Positions 19,662 to 30,320 are shown, counted from the stretch's first letter. The stretch: DNA of 64,000 nucleotides from Patescibacteria group bacterium (GCA_041665345.1 JBAYJA010000001.1:457206-521205); one strand, 5' to 3'. Program-made: numbers and translations. The notes: generated from the letters alone by a model not told the origin.

Positions 19662-19904
19662 ATGCCAAAATGTACCATTTGTGATGCGGTCTACGATATT
19701 CCCGCAACCGCAGAACAGTGCGCGAAGAAGGGACTGCGAGGCGCGCGCGGGCTCAGCATTGGGGATCTGATAACGGTGGAAGCTGGTGACGGGCACCGGC
19801 AAGTGGAAATTACCGGCTTCCAAGTAGAAGCTGAAACGCACCAGGTAATCCGCATCATTGCCGGACAAGAAGTGTACCCAATCGCGAAAGTATTGCCTCG
19901 CTAG
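19662..19904 (+). CDS. Small hypothetical protein with CxxC
   Basis: SD AGGAGG; MPKCTICD...; terminator at 19919-19947. Confidence 0.6.
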   Translation: MPKCTICDAVYDIPATAEQCAKKGLRGARGLSIGDLITVEAGDGHRQVEITGFQVEAETHQVIRIIAGQEVYPIAKVLPR

Positions 19905-19983
19905 CCGCACATGCCATCCAGCCGCTCTAACCCAGCGGCTGTTTTTTCTATGGAGAAAAGCGTAGACGTTGTATACTGTTTAT

Positions 19984-21696
19984 ATGCGAAAAGTGATTCT
20001 TATTGTAGCGGTATTGTTTGGGGGTCTTGTGTTTTTTCCTCAGCTTTCACACGCCCAAACCTCCACCTTTGAGCAAATCAAGGCTTTTGACGTGCAGATT
20101 GAAGCGGCCAAGGAAGGGACATTCATCGTGACGGAGAAAATTGTGTACGACTTTGGAGCAACCGCGCACCATGGGATTTTTCGGGATATTCCGTACCGTT
20201 ACCGTCGAGATGTTCAAACGTATAGCATTCGGTTGGATCTGCAATCTGTCACAAATGACCAAGGAAAAGCTTGGCCGTACACTGAACGCCGCTCGGGCGG
20301 GGAGCTCCATGTGAAAATTGGTGACAAAGATTCTACAGTCACCGGCATGCAAACCTACGTGCTGACCTACACCCTCCGTCGCGCGGTCAATACCTTTAAC
20401 GATAGCCAGGAAATTTACTGGAACGCCACTGGGAATCACTGGCAAGTGCCCATGCAAGCGGCATCGGCCACGGTTTCCTTACCTGACGGGACAAAGCCAG
20501 ACGAACTGGTGTGCTACACCGGTGTTGAAGGCGCAACTCTGCAAAATTGTTCGAAGCAAGTGCAAGCTGATGGAAAGGTAGTCTTTGTGGCCCAGTCGTT
20601 GGCACCAGCGGAAGGTCTTACTTTTGCTATCAAGGTGCCAAGCGGCACTTTTGACAAAGCAACCACTGCGCAACGTTGGCAAGATTTTGTGGTTGATAAT
20701 TGGACCGTGCTCCTCATTCCCATTGGTTGGTTCCTCATGCACCAGCACTGGCGAAAGCGGGGGAAGGACCCCAAAGGTCGTGGCACCATCATCCCAGAGT
20801 ACGAAGCCCCAGAAAAGCTCCGGCCGGCCATGCTGGGGACGGTTTGGGATGGGAGTGGTGATATGCGAGACATTTCTGCCACCATCATTGACCTAGCTGT
20901 ACGGGGGCACCTAAAGATCAAAGATTTAGGAAAGAAGAATTACGAGTTCACCCGTTTGGTGAACCCCAAGGACACGCTGAATGCCTTTGAGCAAAAGTTG
21001 TTTGATGAACTTTTCCTGAAGACAGCTAGTAAAAAGACCGTGGAGCTTAAGGATTTGAAGCAGAAATTTTACACAGCCATTCCTGAATTGAAGAAGCAAC
21101 TGCATGAGGCGCTGGTTACAGACGGGTACTACACCAAGAACCCAGCGAATGCGAAAGCAACGTACCTCACCCTGGCCGGCTTTCTCATCATTGGACCATG
21201 GGTACTTTTCGCCTCCACGGGTGTTTTCCCACTCATAACGGTTATCAGCTTAAGCGCGGTGGGGTTCATTGTCCTTGCGTATGGATTCTTCATGCCGCAG
21301 CGAACGGTGAAAGGCGCAGAAGTGCGGGAGCGAATTGAAGGTTTCAAATGGTTTTTATCCGTTACAGAAAAGGAGCGGTTGAAATTCCATAATGCACCCG
21401 AGCGCAAGCCCGAACAGTTCCAGGCCTTGCTGCCCTACGCCATGGTACTGGAAGTGGAAAAGCAGTGGGCGCAGCAATTTGCCAGCCTGGAAATGCAGCC
21501 CCCAAGCTGGTACACTGCCTCACCCGGGAACGTGTTCAATGCGCTGTTCCTGGCCAGTGTCATGTCGGATTTCCGCAGCAGTGCGAATAGTGCTATGGTA
21601 TCCCGTCCAGCCAGCGCGGGTGGCGGTGGTTCTGGCTTTGGCGGCGGCGGTTTTTCCGGTGGCGGCTTTGGCGGCGGTGGGGGAGGAAGTTGGTAA
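19984..21696 (+). CDS. DUF2207 family membrane protein
   Basis: HGIFRDIP, YWNATG, ATIIDLAVRG, LPYAMVL, Gly-rich GGGGGGSW end. Confidence 0.9.
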   Translation: MRKVILIVAVLFGGLVFFPQLSHAQTSTFEQIKAFDVQIEAAKEGTFIVTEKIVYDFGATAHHGIFRDIPYRYRRDVQTYSIRLDLQSVTNDQGKAWPYTERRSGGELHVKIGDKDSTVTGMQTYVLTYTLRRAVNTFNDSQEIYWNATGNHWQVPMQAASATVSLPDGTKPDELVCYTGVEGATLQNCSKQVQADGKVVFVAQSLAPAEGLTFAIKVPSGTFDKATTAQRWQDFVVDNWTVLLIPIGWFLMHQHWRKRGKDPKGRGTIIPEYEAPEKLRPAMLGTVWDGSGDMRDISATIIDLAVRGHLKIKDLGKKNYEFTRLVNPKDTLNAFEQKLFDELFLKTASKKTVELKDLKQKFYTAIPELKKQLHEALVTDGYYTKNPANAKATYLTLAGFLIIGPWVLFASTGVFPLITVISLSAVGFIVLAYGFFMPQRTVKGAEVRERIEGFKWFLSVTEKERLKFHNAPERKPEQFQALLPYAMVLEVEKQWAQQFASLEMQPPSWYTASPGNVFNALFLASVMSDFRSSANSAMVSRPASAGGGGSGFGGGGFSGGGFGGGGGGSW

Positions 21697-21707
21697 TCAG
21701 TATCACT

Positions 21708-22523
21708 ATGAGGCTGAACACCGTAGAAACGAAGCACCTACGTTTTGCCACCCACCTGGCGCTGCAAGCTGGGAAAATCATGCGGAAGAATTTCATGCTG
21801 GGCATGAAGAAGGAGTGGAAGAAAGATGCAACGCCATTGACGTTAACTGATTTGGCGATTAATCGATTTGTCATCCGCGATATCATAAAAGCGTTTCCAG
21901 CCCACGGCATCATTACTGAGGAATCAAAATCTATACATGGACAAGGAGAACTTACCTGGGTTTGTGATCCAGTCGACGGCACAACGCCTTTCTCACACGG
22001 TATTCCAACCAGCGTCTTTTCGCTTGCATTGGTGCAAAATGGGAAACCAATACTTGGTGTCGTTTACGATCCCTTCATGCAAAGAATGTACACAGCGGTG
22101 AAAGGTAAGGGCGCAACGTTGAATGGCAAAAGGATGAAAGTTTCTAACAAGAAGTCATTAGAGAATACTGTTATAGGTTTTGGTACCATGCGGTTGTGGA
22201 AGGTAAAGCATAATCGTGATATTGCTACAATTTTTCAGACACTGATGCAGGCAAAAGCCAAAGTGCTGAATTTGGGATCGGTCATCTACCAAGGTATGAT
22301 GGTTGCCGCTGGGGAATCTGGTGGCATTATGGGCGGGCACGATAGTTGCTGGGATGCTGCCTCGCTGAAGATCATCGTGGAAGAAGCAGGTGGAAAGGTG
22401 ACGGATATTGACGGCAAAGAACAGCGGTACGATCAATCGCTGAAAGGTGTGATTGTTTCGAACAAACATCTGCACCCGACGTTGGTGAAAATTCTTCAGA
22501 ATGCGAGGATAAGGCTCCGGTAG
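21708..22523 (+). CDS. Inositol monophosphatase family protein
   Basis: TEES, WVCDPVDGT, WDAAS...EAGG. Confidence 0.9.
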   Translation: MRLNTVETKHLRFATHLALQAGKIMRKNFMLGMKKEWKKDATPLTLTDLAINRFVIRDIIKAFPAHGIITEESKSIHGQGELTWVCDPVDGTTPFSHGIPTSVFSLALVQNGKPILGVVYDPFMQRMYTAVKGKGATLNGKRMKVSNKKSLENTVIGFGTMRLWKVKHNRDIATIFQTLMQAKAKVLNLGSVIYQGMMVAAGESGGIMGGHDSCWDAASLKIIVEEAGGKVTDIDGKEQRYDQSLKGVIVSNKHLHPTLVKILQNARIRLR

Positions 22524-22639
22524 GTTGTGTTGCGGATATCTGGTGGTTGAGAAACCCCTGCTTTGACGTTGCCAAAATATGTGTTAAGGTGGGGCCACGA
22601 AAAAGTACATGAACAATTGAGATATTTTAGAGGAGGAAC

Positions 22640-24136
22640 ATGAACAAGAAAGTCACTACAAAAGCATTGCCGCGACATTTTGCGCTTTATGATGCTCGAT
22701 TATTAGTTATCTTGCGGGAAGCACAAAAGATCCGGCGCCATCGAGATTTTTCCCAGGTAAGTCCTTTTGCGTATCGGTACGTCAATCAAGAGCTTGCTCC
22801 CTATACTTCGGAGCAGGCGCGCATCTTGTACCAAGGACTTTTTGAATCATCCATCGCATTAGCTCTGTACGACAGTAACCTCTGTCCCGAACAGTACATG
22901 CAGGAAATTATTTCCGCTTGTGCGAAGGTAAAGGCATCTGACGTTTACCGGTTTGAGTACGGGGTAAAAGGCAAAGTGAAGGGTTTGAAGCATGATGTGC
23001 GGGCGTTGCTGAAGCGGATCAAGCAATTGATAAGCAAACCCGCGCGGCGTTATGTGCACTTACTTGCCACGAGTAATGATACTCTGAATTCTGCCGATAG
23101 TGCTCGACTTCGGGATGTTTTGGAAAGCGTTGTTCTACCATCACTGTGGGGGCTCTTGATTCCTATACTGCGACTGTGTAAAGAGTACGCGGATACTGTC
23201 CAAGTTGGCCGAACGCACCTGCAGCATGCTTCGCCGCAAACTTTTGGAAATACCATGGCGGAGTACTTGGTTAGGCTTGGTGGTGAGTTGTTGAAGTTGG
23301 AAAAAGAGAAAGACAGACTTGTCGGGAAGTTTTCAGGGCCGGTTGGCACGTACGGTCCTGGATCCTTAGTGCTTCAAAACCCAATGCGTTTTGAGCAATG
23401 TGTTCTTGGCTACCTTGGCTTGCGAGCTGGTCGGTATTCGACACAGATTGTTATGCCTGAGGCGGTTACAGATGTTATGCACCGTTTGACCGTGATCATG
23501 GGGATTTTTGGTGACCTCGGAGATAGTCTGCGCCGGCTACAATCAACTGAGGTGAGTGAAGTTGCCCAAGCGAAGGCGACGCAGGGTAGCTCTTCGATCA
23601 TGGCCGGCAAGATCAATCCTATTTCTTTTGAGAATGTAAAGAGCTTGGAAAAAGCTGAAGTGGGTCGGATGATTACCGTCTACCTCGACTTAATTTCCGA
23701 TCATCAGCGCGATCTGACAAACTCCGCTTCTGGGCGGTATTGGATGGAAATCGTAGAGTTCATTTTCACAGCAACGAAAACGCTGAAGCGAATTCTGCCC
23801 TCGCTGGTAGTTGATGAATCGCAGATGATGAAAAACTTTACGCTCACTGGCGATCTTATCATTTCCGACCCATTGAATACGCTTCTGACCTACTATGGTC
23901 ACCCTCGGCCACACGAATATGTTTCATCACTTTGTGACAGGTCTCGTGCGACGGGAGAGAAAGTGTTCGATCTACTCATGAAGGATAAGAATGTGCGTCC
24001 GTACGTGAACCAAATGACAACAAAGCAGCAGCGTGTCCTCAAATCACCCAGACTGTACATTGGTTATGCGGCAAAACGAACCAAAAGAGAAGTTGCATTT
24101 TGGCAGAAAAAATTGCAACAGCGAATTGGTGCGTAG
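22640..24136 (+). CDS. purB: Adenylosuccinate lyase (fumarase/lyase superfamily)
   Basis: HLLATSND, GRTHLQHA, SGPVGTY, GSSSIMAGKINPISFE, HQRDLTNS. Confidence 0.8.
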   Translation: MNKKVTTKALPRHFALYDARLLVILREAQKIRRHRDFSQVSPFAYRYVNQELAPYTSEQARILYQGLFESSIALALYDSNLCPEQYMQEIISACAKVKASDVYRFEYGVKGKVKGLKHDVRALLKRIKQLISKPARRYVHLLATSNDTLNSADSARLRDVLESVVLPSLWGLLIPILRLCKEYADTVQVGRTHLQHASPQTFGNTMAEYLVRLGGELLKLEKEKDRLVGKFSGPVGTYGPGSLVLQNPMRFEQCVLGYLGLRAGRYSTQIVMPEAVTDVMHRLTVIMGIFGDLGDSLRRLQSTEVSEVAQAKATQGSSSIMAGKINPISFENVKSLEKAEVGRMITVYLDLISDHQRDLTNSASGRYWMEIVEFIFTATKTLKRILPSLVVDESQMMKNFTLTGDLIISDPLNTLLTYYGHPRPHEYVSSLCDRSRATGEKVFDLLMKDKNVRPYVNQMTTKQQRVLKSPRLYIGYAAKRTKREVAFWQKKLQQRIGA

Positions 24137-24157
24137 TCACTGCAATTGCGTTCTTTC

Positions 24158-24191
24158 AAACCTGTTCCACCCTGGAGCAGGTTTTTGTTTT
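24158..24191 (+). terminator. Rho-independent terminator
   Basis: AAACCTGTTCCA-CCC-TGGAGCAGGTTT followed by T run. Confidence 0.75.
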
Positions 24192-24244
24192 ACCAAAACC
24201 CTTATCCTAAGGTAGAATGACTACATCTTTCTAACAGCATCCGT

Positions 24245-27200
24245 ATGCCAAACCTCCACCCGGACCAAGCGCCAGTTGTCATCTCAAAAGCATTTTGGAA
24301 AACCAAGTGGTTCTACTCCCTTTGTGGAGTAGTTCTCCTGGCCGGGGTTAGCGCCGGGGTCTGGTTTGGCATTGTCCAACCACGGCGGGGAACAACTGGT
24401 GGGGATGCGTTTGATAAGATCGTGTTGCCTGCAGATACGGCGAGCGCCACCTTTGTAGTGGAAGCCACCAAGAAAGACCGGCTGGGGGTGGATCCGAAGA
24501 CCAGTTTTGTCCTGACCACCACAGCGCCCATTGCCGCGAAAGACTTGGAAGCCTCCATTAGCTTTTCGCCAAAGGTGGAATTTGCCATTGCCAGTACAGA
24601 TGAGAAAACTTTTGAAATTACCCCCAAGAAACCCTTGGGTGACGAAGCGGTGTACACCTTGGCCGTGAACGCCACGGTGCAGGGGACTGCGGGGAATGAG
24701 AAGCAAACCTACCAGTGGGCCTTCCAACCCAAGACCAGCCTGGCAATTGAAGGAACGCTGCCGCGAGATGAAGCCACTGGCGTTCCGGTGAATACCGGCA
24801 TTGAAGTCACCTTTAGCACAGATGCGGTGAAAGATTTTGGCCAGCACTTCACTATCACCCCCAGTGCAAAAGGCGCTTTTGAGCAGCACGGTCGGACCTG
24901 GGTGTTTGTCCCTGCGGAAAAGCTGAAGGCTGCAACCCTGTACACTGTCACCCTTGCAGCAGCGTTACCAGTGCAAGGCTCAGATGTGACGTTGGGTCAG
25001 GCGTTCAGCTTCCAGTTTGAAACCGCGGTTGCCCAGCAGTCCAACGATGCCTTTACCTACGCGCGCTTCTCGCGCTCTTTCCAATCCGTGTTGCCCAAGG
25101 AAGCCCCGGTGCTGGATTTTGGGTACTACGGGAACTTGGGGACACCCAAAGCCACGGTGCACCGCTTTGCGAGTAGCCAGGAAATGATTGAAAAACTGCA
25201 TGTCTTAGACGACATTCCCACCTGGGCAACAGCAGCGTTGGACACTGCGCTCATTAGCACCGAAGGCTTGACCGAGATTGGCACCTACGATGCCAAGGTT
25301 GAGTCTTTTGATAATCAGTACGTGCTCCGGCTACCTTCGGGTTTTGATGCGGGGTACTACCTGATGACCTTGGATGTGAAGGGCCGGAAATTGCAAACCG
25401 TGATTGTGGTGAGCGAACTTGGTGCCGCGCAGTTTGTGAGCCGCACAGATACCGTCCTGTGGTTGCAGGATTTGAAGGCAGGGACGCCGCTGCAGAAAGT
25501 ATCAGCCGTCTTTGCACTTGACGGCAAGACGTACAGTAGTGACAGCGAAGGGGTCGTTCGCCTCACCACCCCAGACCAAGCAGTGGATACGGAGACCGAT
25601 TTTACGCGTTCGTACTTCACCGTCAAAACTTCGGATAATCGGGAAACCGTCATTCCCTTCACCCCTGAAGGCGAGTCCTTCTTCGCCTGGCGCGGGATGC
25701 GGGACCGGCCCACGCACGATACATACTGGAAATACTTGTACTTGGATCGGACGCTCTACCGCCCGTCAGACACAGTGAATATCTGGGGCATTATCCAGCC
25801 ACGGAAAAACCCCAAGGCCGAAGAGTACGTGGTAAAAGTGTGGACCTGGAATGTGACGGATTGGAATGGTGCGTACTTGCCGTTGGTTGAGGATCGCGTG
25901 CAGACCAATGCCTCAGGCACTTTCACCAAAGCACTGGCGCTGACGCAGCTCAATCCCGGCACGTATACGCTGAGCATTGAAACCCTGACGGGCAAGGAAA
26001 TTGCCTCCAAGCAGTTTGAAGTGCAGACGTTCACGAAGCCCGCCTTTGGTGTGAGTCTTTCACCGCAGCGCCAAGCCGGCATTGTGGGGGAGCAATTGCC
26101 CATTCAGGCATTCGCTACCTTCTTTGATGGCACACCTACCCCCAATGCCAAGCTCCGTTACTCCAGCTGGGGACAGCCTGGTGGGGAAGGGACGGACATT
26201 ACGGCGAATAGCCAGGGCACTGCGTCGTTCAACTTGCCATTGGCGAACACGAATAATTCGGTGGGGACGCAACGGGTGACCGTGTTCCCGGCGGAAGCGT
26301 CTGACGGTGATGTCCAGGGCAGTGCGGACATTGTGGTTTTTCCCAGTCGGGTCATTTCCAATTTGGAAACCGACCGGAATGGGAGCCAGGCGACCCTGAA
26401 GTTGCACGTCCGGAATGTGGACGTCACCAAGCCAGTGACCGACTGGTGGAATGCCTACGACACCATGACCAGTGGTCCGGCCGCGAATGCCAAGGTAGAA
26501 GTCAAAGTCATTGAGCAGGTTTTGACCAAAACCAAGCGGGGCACGCGGTATGACTTTATTGAGAAGCAGACTGTGGATGTGTATGATTACCGCTACAATG
26601 ACGTGGTGCGGACGACCCTCACGGGCGTGACCGATGCGCAGGGAGCGTACACCAAGGACATCACTCTACCCGGCACGAGTTCGCGGGTAGAAGTGCGGGC
26701 GTTTGATACGAAAAATCTGGCCTATCTCCAAACCGCGTACTTTGGGAGTACGCAGTATGCGGATGCGGAAAGTGCCAGCTACCGCGTAGTGGACGTGGCA
26801 CAGGATGGCCGGACAGATGCGCAGCTGGTCTACCCACTTGGCGGCACAACGACTCTGGAATTCCGCAAGGGGAATACAGCCGTGGAAGCCAAGGGCACGT
26901 TCATGTTTGTGACGCTCCAGAATGGGATTCAAGACGTTACAATAACCGACAAACCGCAGTTACCATTTACGTATACCGAAGCCAATATTCCCAATGTGTT
27001 CGTGACCGGGGTGTGGTTTACGGGTAGTGCGTTCCGTGCGCCAGCACAGTATGAACAAGCCATGCTGCAGTTTGATGCGGAGACCCGTGCTTTGCAACTA
27101 GAACTCAAAGCAGAAAAGGCAAGTTACGGTCCAGGTGATACAGTTCGGGTGACGGTGACCGCCAAAGACGCTGCAGGGAAACCGGTTGACGCGCGGGTGA

Positions 27201-29209
27201 ACCTGAGTGCTATTGACGAAGCACTGAACGTCATCCAAATGGACAATACGCCCGCACCACTTGCAGGGTTATACGAACCAACGATGTCTGGCTTGCTCCA
27301 GCAGTACGTCAGCCATGACACCGCGCGTTTGGATGCAATGGCCGAAGGCGGTGGTGGGACTGGGGGTGACCGCAAAGACTTCAAAGATGCGGTGCTTTTC
27401 CAAGAGGTGCAGACGGGCGGTGATGGACAGGCTGAGGTCACCTTCAAAGTGCCAGACAACCTCACTTCGTGGCGGGTGACTGCACAGGGTATCACTGATG
27501 AAAAACTGGCTGGCTTTACCAGCCTGGGTGTTCCGGTGAGCAAACCCGTTTTTGCACTCCTCACGATGCCTGATGAGTTTGTCAGCCAGGACAAACCCAC
27601 CATCATTGGCCGGGCGTACGGAACGGGATTAACCGCAACTGATGATGTGCAGTTCACTTTGGAAACCCCGGGCCTTGGTGCAAACCAAACCCGTACGGGC
27701 AAAGCCTTTGCCGCGCAGAAGTTTGTGCTGCCAACCTTGGTTGCCGGGGAGCAAGAAGTAAAACTTACTGTCCAGAAAGGCAACCAGAAAGATACGCTCA
27801 TCCGGAAAATCACCGTGGTGGACTCTCGGCTTTCCCGCCAAGCAACTGCGTGGCTCACTGTGGCGCCTGACCTCACCATCACAGGTTCACCCAGCGGGCG
27901 GACTATGGTTGGCGTAACGGATCTGGGCCGTGGTCGGATTATTGCCAACCTACGCATGTTGCAGTGGGGCTGGGGGAACCGGTTGGAACGCAACCTAGCC
28001 GGCGCCATTGCCAGTGATGCGCTGGAAAAGTTGCAACCCGACTTGGTGTACGAAAATAGTGGTTTCAATCCAACTGCCTACCAGCAAGAGGACGGCGGTA
28101 TAAGCGAAGTGATTTGGGGTTCGTCCGATGTCCGCCTTTCCGCCCTGGCCGCTGCCCAGGCAAAAATGTTTGACGCCGTGCGTTTGCGGCAGTACTTGCT
28201 GGGCAAGCTGAACCAGAAAGATATCACTGGGGAGCAAGCAAGCTTTGCCCTGTATGGGTTGGCAAACCTGGGTGAGCCGGTGCTCGCTGAACTAGACGCC
28301 TTTGTGGCTACCTCAGGTATTACGGATGAAGAGAAGCTCACTGCAGCCTTGGCGTACCAAGCTTTGGGTGCAAGCCAGCAAGCCCGGACCATTGCCATGG
28401 GATTGTTGGAAACCTACGGCGAAACCCAGGCGCCGTACATCCGGCTGAAGTTGGGCAACGATGATGATGCTCGGATTGTGAACACAGCGCGCTTTAGCAT
28501 TTTGGCTGAAGGGTTGAAGCTTTCGCAGCGGGTGGGTATTGATACCTACTTGGCGGAGAAATTCCCCAAGGATTACCCCACAAACCTGGAGCGAGCTTTG
28601 GGCATGGTTGCAGCCATTCCATTACTGGACAACACCAACGTGTCTGTTACGTACACAGCCGGCGGTGAACCAAAGACGTTGGCCACGAAAGACGACCAGG
28701 TAACCTACGTCTCGCTCACCACCCAAGAAGCAACCCAATTCAAGGTGACGAAAGTTGACGGCCCAGCTGGGTTGATTGTGCAGACCGTGCAGCCATTCGA
28801 TCCCAACACGGCACCGCATGACACGCGCTTGGGTGTCACCCGCAAGTTCACCCGAGTGGGGGACAGCGGACCGTTGAAGCAAGGCGACATTGTCCGCGTG
28901 GATATTGGCCTGCAGGTCGGCAAGGGGATTGTGGATACCGATTTTACAGTGACGGACTACCTCCCATCTGGCCTGGCCGCCTTGCCCAATCCATGGACCC
29001 GGAATGTCCAAACCAGTGTTGGATTCAACTACCCCACGGAAATTGCTGGCCAGCGCCTGACTTTCAATACCTGGGGGCAGAAGAGCTTCTACTACTACGC
29101 CCGGGTGGTGAACCCCGGAAGTTATGCAGCTGAACCCGCAGTAGCGCAAGGTCAGAAGAGCCGGGATGTGATCAACTACTCTGGTGGCCAAACCCTGGGG
29201 ATTGAGTAA
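24245..29209 (+). CDS. Alpha-2-macroglobulin family protein with N-terminal Ig-like domains
   Basis: TM anchor; LDRTLYRPSD (MG2); RKDFKD; VPDNLTSWRV; DYLPSG; YYARVVNPG. Confidence 0.88.
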   Translation: MPNLHPDQAPVVISKAFWKTKWFYSLCGVVLLAGVSAGVWFGIVQPRRGTTGGDAFDKIVLPADTASATFVVEATKKDRLGVDPKTSFVLTTTAPIAAKDLEASISFSPKVEFAIASTDEKTFEITPKKPLGDEAVYTLAVNATVQGTAGNEKQTYQWAFQPKTSLAIEGTLPRDEATGVPVNTGIEVTFSTDAVKDFGQHFTITPSAKGAFEQHGRTWVFVPAEKLKAATLYTVTLAAALPVQGSDVTLGQAFSFQFETAVAQQSNDAFTYARFSRSFQSVLPKEAPVLDFGYYGNLGTPKATVHRFASSQEMIEKLHVLDDIPTWATAALDTALISTEGLTEIGTYDAKVESFDNQYVLRLPSGFDAGYYLMTLDVKGRKLQTVIVVSELGAAQFVSRTDTVLWLQDLKAGTPLQKVSAVFALDGKTYSSDSEGVVRLTTPDQAVDTETDFTRSYFTVKTSDNRETVIPFTPEGESFFAWRGMRDRPTHDTYWKYLYLDRTLYRPSDTVNIWGIIQPRKNPKAEEYVVKVWTWNVTDWNGAYLPLVEDRVQTNASGTFTKALALTQLNPGTYTLSIETLTGKEIASKQFEVQTFTKPAFGVSLSPQRQAGIVGEQLPIQAFATFFDGTPTPNAKLRYSSWGQPGGEGTDITANSQGTASFNLPLANTNNSVGTQRVTVFPAEASDGDVQGSADIVVFPSRVISNLETDRNGSQATLKLHVRNVDVTKPVTDWWNAYDTMTSGPAANAKVEVKVIEQVLTKTKRGTRYDFIEKQTVDVYDYRYNDVVRTTLTGVTDAQGAYTKDITLPGTSSRVEVRAFDTKNLAYLQTAYFGSTQYADAESASYRVVDVAQDGRTDAQLVYPLGGTTTLEFRKGNTAVEAKGTFMFVTLQNGIQDVTITDKPQLPFTYTEANIPNVFVTGVWFTGSAFRAPAQYEQAMLQFDAETRALQLELKAEKASYGPGDTVRVTVTAKDAAGKPVDARVNLSAIDEALNVIQMDNTPAPLAGLYEPTMSGLLQQYVSHDTARLDAMAEGGGGTGGDRKDFKDAVLFQEVQTGGDGQAEVTFKVPDNLTSWRVTAQGITDEKLAGFTSLGVPVSKPVFALLTMPDEFVSQDKPTIIGRAYGTGLTATDDVQFTLETPGLGANQTRTGKAFAAQKFVLPTLVAGEQEVKLTVQKGNQKDTLIRKITVVDSRLSRQATAWLTVAPDLTITGSPSGRTMVGVTDLGRGRIIANLRMLQWGWGNRLERNLAGAIASDALEKLQPDLVYENSGFNPTAYQQEDGGISEVIWGSSDVRLSALAAAQAKMFDAVRLRQYLLGKLNQKDITGEQASFALYGLANLGEPVLAELDAFVATSGITDEEKLTAALAYQALGASQQARTIAMGLLETYGETQAPYIRLKLGNDDDARIVNTARFSILAEGLKLSQRVGIDTYLAEKFPKDYPTNLERALGMVAAIPLLDNTNVSVTYTAGGEPKTLATKDDQVTYVSLTTQEATQFKVTKVDGPAGLIVQTVQPFDPNTAPHDTRLGVTRKFTRVGDSGPLKQGDIVRVDIGLQVGKGIVDTDFTVTDYLPSGLAALPNPWTRNVQTSVGFNYPTEIAGQRLTFNTWGQKSFYYYARVVNPGSYAAEPAVAQGQKSRDVINYSGGQTLGIE

Positions 29210-30074
29210 ACGCTATTTCATTCTTGGAGCACTCGCGGTCGCCATCCTGGTTGCTGCGGGTGTTTTGGTGTGGTGGCAAAAATCGGAACCGACGCAGTCT
29301 CAATCATCAGCTGTGCTTAACGAGGTAACTCCTGCAGATGTGCAAACTGCTTTTGCACAAGGTGGAGACCAGCAGACCAAGCAGAATCCCGTCGCGGTTA
29401 TCATGCCGCACCACTTGGTGGCAAAGCAGCTGATGGCGGAAATAGCCACAGTGGTTGGTCAGCAGTGTCCTGCGAACATTGTGGTGCTGGGGCCTGATCA
29501 CGAAAATCGTGGCCAGACCATGGTTACAACCAGCGCTACGTCGTGGCAATCACCCTGGGCAACGTACGACGTCGCCGCGGACATTGTGCAAGCCTTGCAC
29601 GCTGTCCCATTTGTCCAAACTAGCGAGTCGGTAATTGCACAGGAACACAGCGCGCTGTACCCGCTACCCTTCCTACAGCATGTTTGTCCCAAAGCAACCT
29701 TTGTCCAACTCATCGTCCGAAGCGGCTTTGATTTGAAAAAGAACGAACAACTTGCCCAGGCTTTGTACACGACGCTCAAACCTGAAGATGTGGTTGTTGC
29801 CAGTGTTGATTTTTCGCACTACAAAACCGCAGCAGAAGCGCGGGTGGAGGATCAGGAGTCCCTTCGATTGTTAGAAGCAGGGGAGTCAGCTGCTCTGGCA
29901 CACATACCAGCCGATGCGCCGGCGGTGCTTGCGGTTGCCATGCGTTTTGCGCAGCTACGTGAGGCAAGTAATTTTCAATTATACAAAAACACCAACGCCG
30001 CTGAAGTGGCAAACGACCCTTCGCAACCCAGCACCACGAGCTACATAACGGGGTGGTGGGGGAGGGGGAGGTAA
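29184..30074 (+). CDS. MEMO1/AmmeMemoRadiSam protein B-like, membrane anchored
   Basis: IMPHH, LGPDH, EHS, ASVDFSHY, TTSY motifs. Confidence 0.8.
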   Translation: MAKPWGLSKRYFILGALAVAILVAAGVLVWWQKSEPTQSQSSAVLNEVTPADVQTAFAQGGDQQTKQNPVAVIMPHHLVAKQLMAEIATVVGQQCPANIVVLGPDHENRGQTMVTTSATSWQSPWATYDVAADIVQALHAVPFVQTSESVIAQEHSALYPLPFLQHVCPKATFVQLIVRSGFDLKKNEQLAQALYTTLKPEDVVVASVDFSHYKTAAEARVEDQESLRLLEAGESAALAHIPADAPAVLAVAMRFAQLREASNFQLYKNTNAAEVANDPSQPSTTSYITGWWGRGR

Positions 30075-30191
30075 AGATTAAAGGTTGAGTTTTGGATGGC
30101 GGAATGGATTAAGGGTGGAGATAGGGGAAGGGGAGGTAGAAATGTATTGCACGTCTTTCCAAAAAAACTTGGTTCTATTGCATTCTTAACT

Positions 30192-30320
30192 CGGTAAGTA
30201 TTACCTCCCCCAACCCCTCCTTCGAAAGGAGGGGAGGGTTTTTTGGTTATTTAAAGGCAAGGTTTTTTGTACGTTTCCTCCCCTTTCGAAGGGGAGGTTA
30301 GGAGGGGTAACCCTTACCGG
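30192..30320. repeat. REP-like inverted repeat pair (CCCCTCCTTCGAAAGGAGGGG type)
   Basis: TACCTCCCCCAACCCCTCCTTCGAAAGGAGGGGAG and inverted CTCCCCTTTCGAAGGGGAGGTTAGGAGGGGTA. Confidence 0.7.

Noticed and set aside
24284-29191. Long antisense ORFs such as 27124-28068
   Set aside because: Shadows of well-supported + strand genes
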